A stretch of 63,119 nucleotides of DNA, filler included, from Hausera hauseri (taxonomy: Eukaryota): the NCBI GenBank assembly GCA_046269625.1. It is 10 parts of 10 records of this genome, joined end to end, with 100 filler letters (N's around TTAATTAATTAA, not from the genome) between each part and the next. Parts side by side here need not be neighbours in the genome. Positions count along the whole stretch, not along the records: positions 57,516 to 63,119 come from JBJURY010222743.1; 9 more parts are not named here. One strand, given 5' to 3'. The notes under the pieces are model-generated. The model did no database searches. It saw only the letters and a list, made by a program, of their open reading frames with translations, and had not been told where the DNA came from. This document shows, one piece after another, positions 59,470-63,119 of this stretch. Numbering within the stretch: position 1 is the first letter of the stretch; the number at the start of each line of letters is the position of its first letter. The translations under genes were made by a program, and so were the position numbers.

Positions 59470-61780
59470 TCAGCGGATTCCGTTCTGCACACTGGACATG
59501 TGGTCTTCCCATTATCCAATGTCTATTTTTCTAGGCAGTCTCTACAATACTTATGACGACAATTGAGGTTATTTAGCATCACGTATCCTTGTTTCATGTT
59601 CGCCTTGCACACCGGGCATTCGTTTTCTTCTTTCGCCCAAGTCTCATCGTCTAGATCCACTCTCAACAGAATTTCAATAGGCTCCACTATTAATTTTTGT
59701 TTTGGGTTTATTGAGCTTTTCTTCGGATCGCATCCGACAGCTATTAGGGTCCAATCGCTGATAGTATCTCGATCTAAATCGGGAACTTCACCAGTCGATC
59801 GGTATTTCTGGTACTGTTTTTTCAGTAGTAGTTTAACTGATTTATCCACAGGAACTAAGATTTTACCATTCCGTTTTGACTGAAATATTGGTGCAACATA
59901 TCTTTCAATTTTGGGATTTTCCCAGACATAGGTATTCTCGTAGACTTGTCTGGCAGGCATTAGTTTAATGAAAAACATTGCTTCTTTAATTTTCTGTTTA
60001 CTATAATACTCGGTGGCTACTAACATCCTGGGGTAGTCTGCGGTTGTAGCATAATGGACATTTTCTGTGGATGTCTTCTTCCGTAAGACATTTATTTGGT
60101 TATTTGTTCTTCCTGTTTTCTTTTTGATTTTATTTCAGTTTTCTCGATTCGGGGCTGCATCCTTGGCCTTGCGGGTTCTGCGGTTGATATTTCTGGTTTC
60201 AGGTCCTTTCTGCCCGTTTTGGGTTCCTCTTTCGATCCTTTTCCACCTCCTTTGCTTTTCTTCTTGAACAAGTCATCGAAAAAGGAGGTTTTTCTCTTTG
60301 TGGGTTTCCCGGTTTCGGTTTCTGAATTTCTATATTTTTCTTCTATGTATTTTTGAGGAACTTCTGGTATCTTAAATAGGTTATTACTTGCTGTAGCGCC
60401 ATAGCTTGTACTGGGTTTTTCATCCATCCGCATCCTTTTTTCCTTTTCCTCCGTTCTTAACCCTTGTATGTTTATTTGGTAGTTCCATTCTGGTTTGATC
60501 TTGACATTTCTGGGCGGGGAGTATGGGCGAAACTGTTTACGATACCGTGCGCTGAGCCTTTCTGATTTTGGGAAATTTCGTAAATTTTGTCCAGGGTTGT
60601 TGGGAATCCATTCGTGTTTCCACTTAAGCCCAGCATTTATATCTCTCAGATACTGTGATCTTTGACTTGCGGATAGCACTCTATTCATTTTTACGTTTTC
60701 CCTGATCAGGGCTTCTACCATTAACTTGAAACGGCCCTTCATAGTCAGTGGTACGTGGCTCCTTTTTTCTTCTACCTTGTTTTTCACTTGTCTCATAATA
60801 GTTGGGTGGGTTTCTATTTCTCTTACTCCGGCTATATGTGTTATCGGTAAGGCCAATTTCTTCATTTTTCTCTATATTTGATACCCCACTAAGACGTATC
60901 CATAGAGACATCGCGTTACTTTCTGCTGTATTAACTTGAAATCTTTTCCATGATTCAATTGTTCCCTCTTTATTCCGGTAATTTCTGCATGCTTTTCAAG
61001 CACCTTTTGTCTTGGGTTGATGATTTTTGAGTAGACTTCATTCCCTTTTTCTTCTCGGATGGATATTTCGATGGCAAGATAATTTCCTTCTTCTCCTTCC
61101 TCATAGTTTATCGCGACAATTCTGAGATTTCTCTCGTCGGCCACCAGTCTAAACGAATGTGAATGGCTTTCTTGTTCATCTTTTGTAGGCTTTCGCCTAA
61201 ACTCTAAAAATGGTAATGTTATAGGCCTTTCTTCTTCTTCTGTCGTTTCGATCATTATCTTTACCGGCAAGGCGGCTATGCGAAATTCCAATTCGTGATT
61301 TTTGAGGCTTTTACTATTGAACACAAAAGTACTAAATCGACTTTGTCTTCATTGGAAGGAATCCCATTTCTGATCCCTTAGTCGATAGTATATTTCCCCG
61401 TCCGCCAAATGCATATAAATCCTCTGTTCCTTCTCTGGTTGGTATTGAGCGATTGGTTTGAACGGGTACGCTCTAGCATATTTATTTTCTCTCCATGCGT
61501 ACAAATATACCGTCCTGGCCTCCTCGGTGGTTCCTTTCAAACCGTTTGGGATCTCACCAACTTTTCCATATTGGACAAAGTTTTTGCCTTGTAACTCGGT
61601 ATTGATTTGTCTGTAGATTGCCTTTGAATTTGTGATCTGTACTGTCACGTATTTCTGTAAAAATTCGTCGATACTAAGTCGACTTGTAGTGTTCTCGGTG
61701 TCGATTCTAATTCGGCTCCTAGTATCTCCTGCGTCGATCCTAAGTCGGATAGATTCCATTTGGGTCTGGTTACTTACCAA
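59470..61780 (-). pseudogene. Decayed cargo polyprotein: KVGEIPN domain, REX4/ISG20-like pseudo-exonuclease, basic linker, RING-HC
   Basis: ORFs 61349..61780, 60872..61324 and 60092..60865 share one frame, separated by single stops. ITGIKREQL..DFKLIQ..VLVGY is REX4-like. CPVC..CRHKYCRDCL*..CPVCR is a RING. Confidence 0.7.
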
Positions 61781-61939
61781 TCTGAAAAAGAAAATATAAA
61801 GGTTAATCTTTAAACAAAGGATGGTTTTAAACCAAAACCAATTCTTTGTTTGATGACAGGATAACCCGCTCTGTAATTGTCAGGTTATTTTATCATACGG
61901 GTCAACAGGGTTTTCCAGTTCCCTTAATTCCCATTCTGA

Positions 61940-63119
61940 ATTTCTACGACGCTTAGAATAACAGTTTTTGGTGACTAATCGAAAAATCGCAATTTACATT
62001 ATGAGAACAAACGTTGACAGTACAGAGATGGATATGATTGGTAATGTAGTTAATCCTGTCGGTGCTTGTGTGGTGATTGGAGTTGTTATTTCTCCGTCGA
62101 TATCCTCATATGTATGCGATTCTGCACGGACTTCATCTAGAGTGCGCAATTTAACAGTTCGGTTTTGTTTATTCTCTGCATACACTTGTACTATGTATTC
62201 GGTCTGTGGTTTTAATAAATTGCACTCAGTTTGATAAGTATTTTTAAATAGCGTCACGTTGTCCGGCAACATATATATGTTGAAATTTTGTTTTTCCTCT
62301 ACGAAGAACACAATCTTAGACCGATATGCCGAATATCTAATAGGGATGCTTCCTAATTCTCTTTTAGGCACACTGCCCGACGTAGCGGTTCCCGTAATGG
62401 CACCAACTCGAGTAGTCGGTCTTTTGGTGGTCGTTTCCACTGAAATTTTCCAAATTCTGTCTTCTGGATAGTAAGTTCGCAGTTCTATACTTGGTTTATT
62501 TGGTCGTACTTCATGTAAGTCGAATCTTATTTTAAATTCTCGGTCAAGAGTATTTTACAACATGGATGTTATACGCTTGAACGAATAGAACACTACTCTA
62601 TTTTCGGGGTCGAACCAACTACTGCTTCGAATGTGATACTAATTTCCTGACTATGAGTTAATCCTATTCGACCATCTACTTGTAGGCATTGCTTTTCCTT
62701 ATTCACAGAGATTTTCTGAATATTTTCGTCTAGTATTCTTATTTCTGAGTCCGTTGATCGTAATATTTCGTTAAGCTTTATTCCGTGATGTCTGTTCCAT
62801 GCAGGAATGACTAACTGAGATTGTGGTTTTACTTCAACGTAAACGTCGGTTGACTCTGGTAAGTATAGACGATAGGTGAGGTTATAAGTACGTCCAAAAT
62901 CTATGTGGCAACATTGCGTATTTTCTCCGGCTTCGAAATCACAATTTTTTGTTTCTTTTGTTGTTAGGTCAAATAAGACAATTTGAAACTTTCCGAAATC
63001 GTGATACGGTTTCCAAGTCTTAAATCCAACGCATACGGAGTTTGGTGAATAATAATGAATTGTCAATTATTGTAATAATTTAGTGTCTTCTTGTTTTTGG
63101 ACCTCTTTGGCTGTTGGCT
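61940..63119 (-). pseudogene. Type-I membrane protein with fibronectin type III-like domains, Thr-rich stalk and TM, decayed
   Basis: LKPQTEYIVQVYAEN and GRTYNLTYRL (FN3-like); TTPITTQAPT; LPIISISVLSTFVLIM*IAIF followed by KRRR. Confidence 0.65.

Overview
This window is not one locus. It is ten unrelated contigs (1-6386, 6487-12384, 12485-16436, 16537-24553, 24654-30112, 30213-35226, 35327-39542, 39643-47929, 48030-57415, 57516-63119) joined by artificial 100-nt N/TTAATTAATTAA spacers. Nine contigs look like an AT-rich, transposon-laden animal genome with very divergent genes. One (48030-57415) looks like teleost DNA (SRCIN1-like exon, L2 LINE, microsatellites), so a fish parasite such as a myxozoan plus host carry-over is a plausible but unproven reading. 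The strongest candidate for an undescribed system occurs in two independent contigs. In each, a related LTR is followed by a tRNA-Leu primer-binding site, and decayed, sense-oriented, apparently intron-poor host coding fragments begin right at the PBS. Contig 2 carries SZT2; contig 4 carries ACC, then ARAP-like, then CLEC16A-like. Each cargo is followed by the same CsRn1-like gag-protease family, suggesting an LTR element that packs mosaics of host mRNAs. Other highlights: (1) a chuvirus/gB-type glycoprotein placed upstream of a retroviral protease; (2) an LTR element whose 3' region carries FN3-TM, pseudo-DEDDh nuclease and RING cargo, with a diverged paralog beside it; (3) three decayed Polinton/adintovirus-type pPolB genes; (4) an intact, signal-peptide-bearing, bacterial-type agmatine deiminase next to one of them. 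All homology calls come from motif recognition by eye, not database searches.
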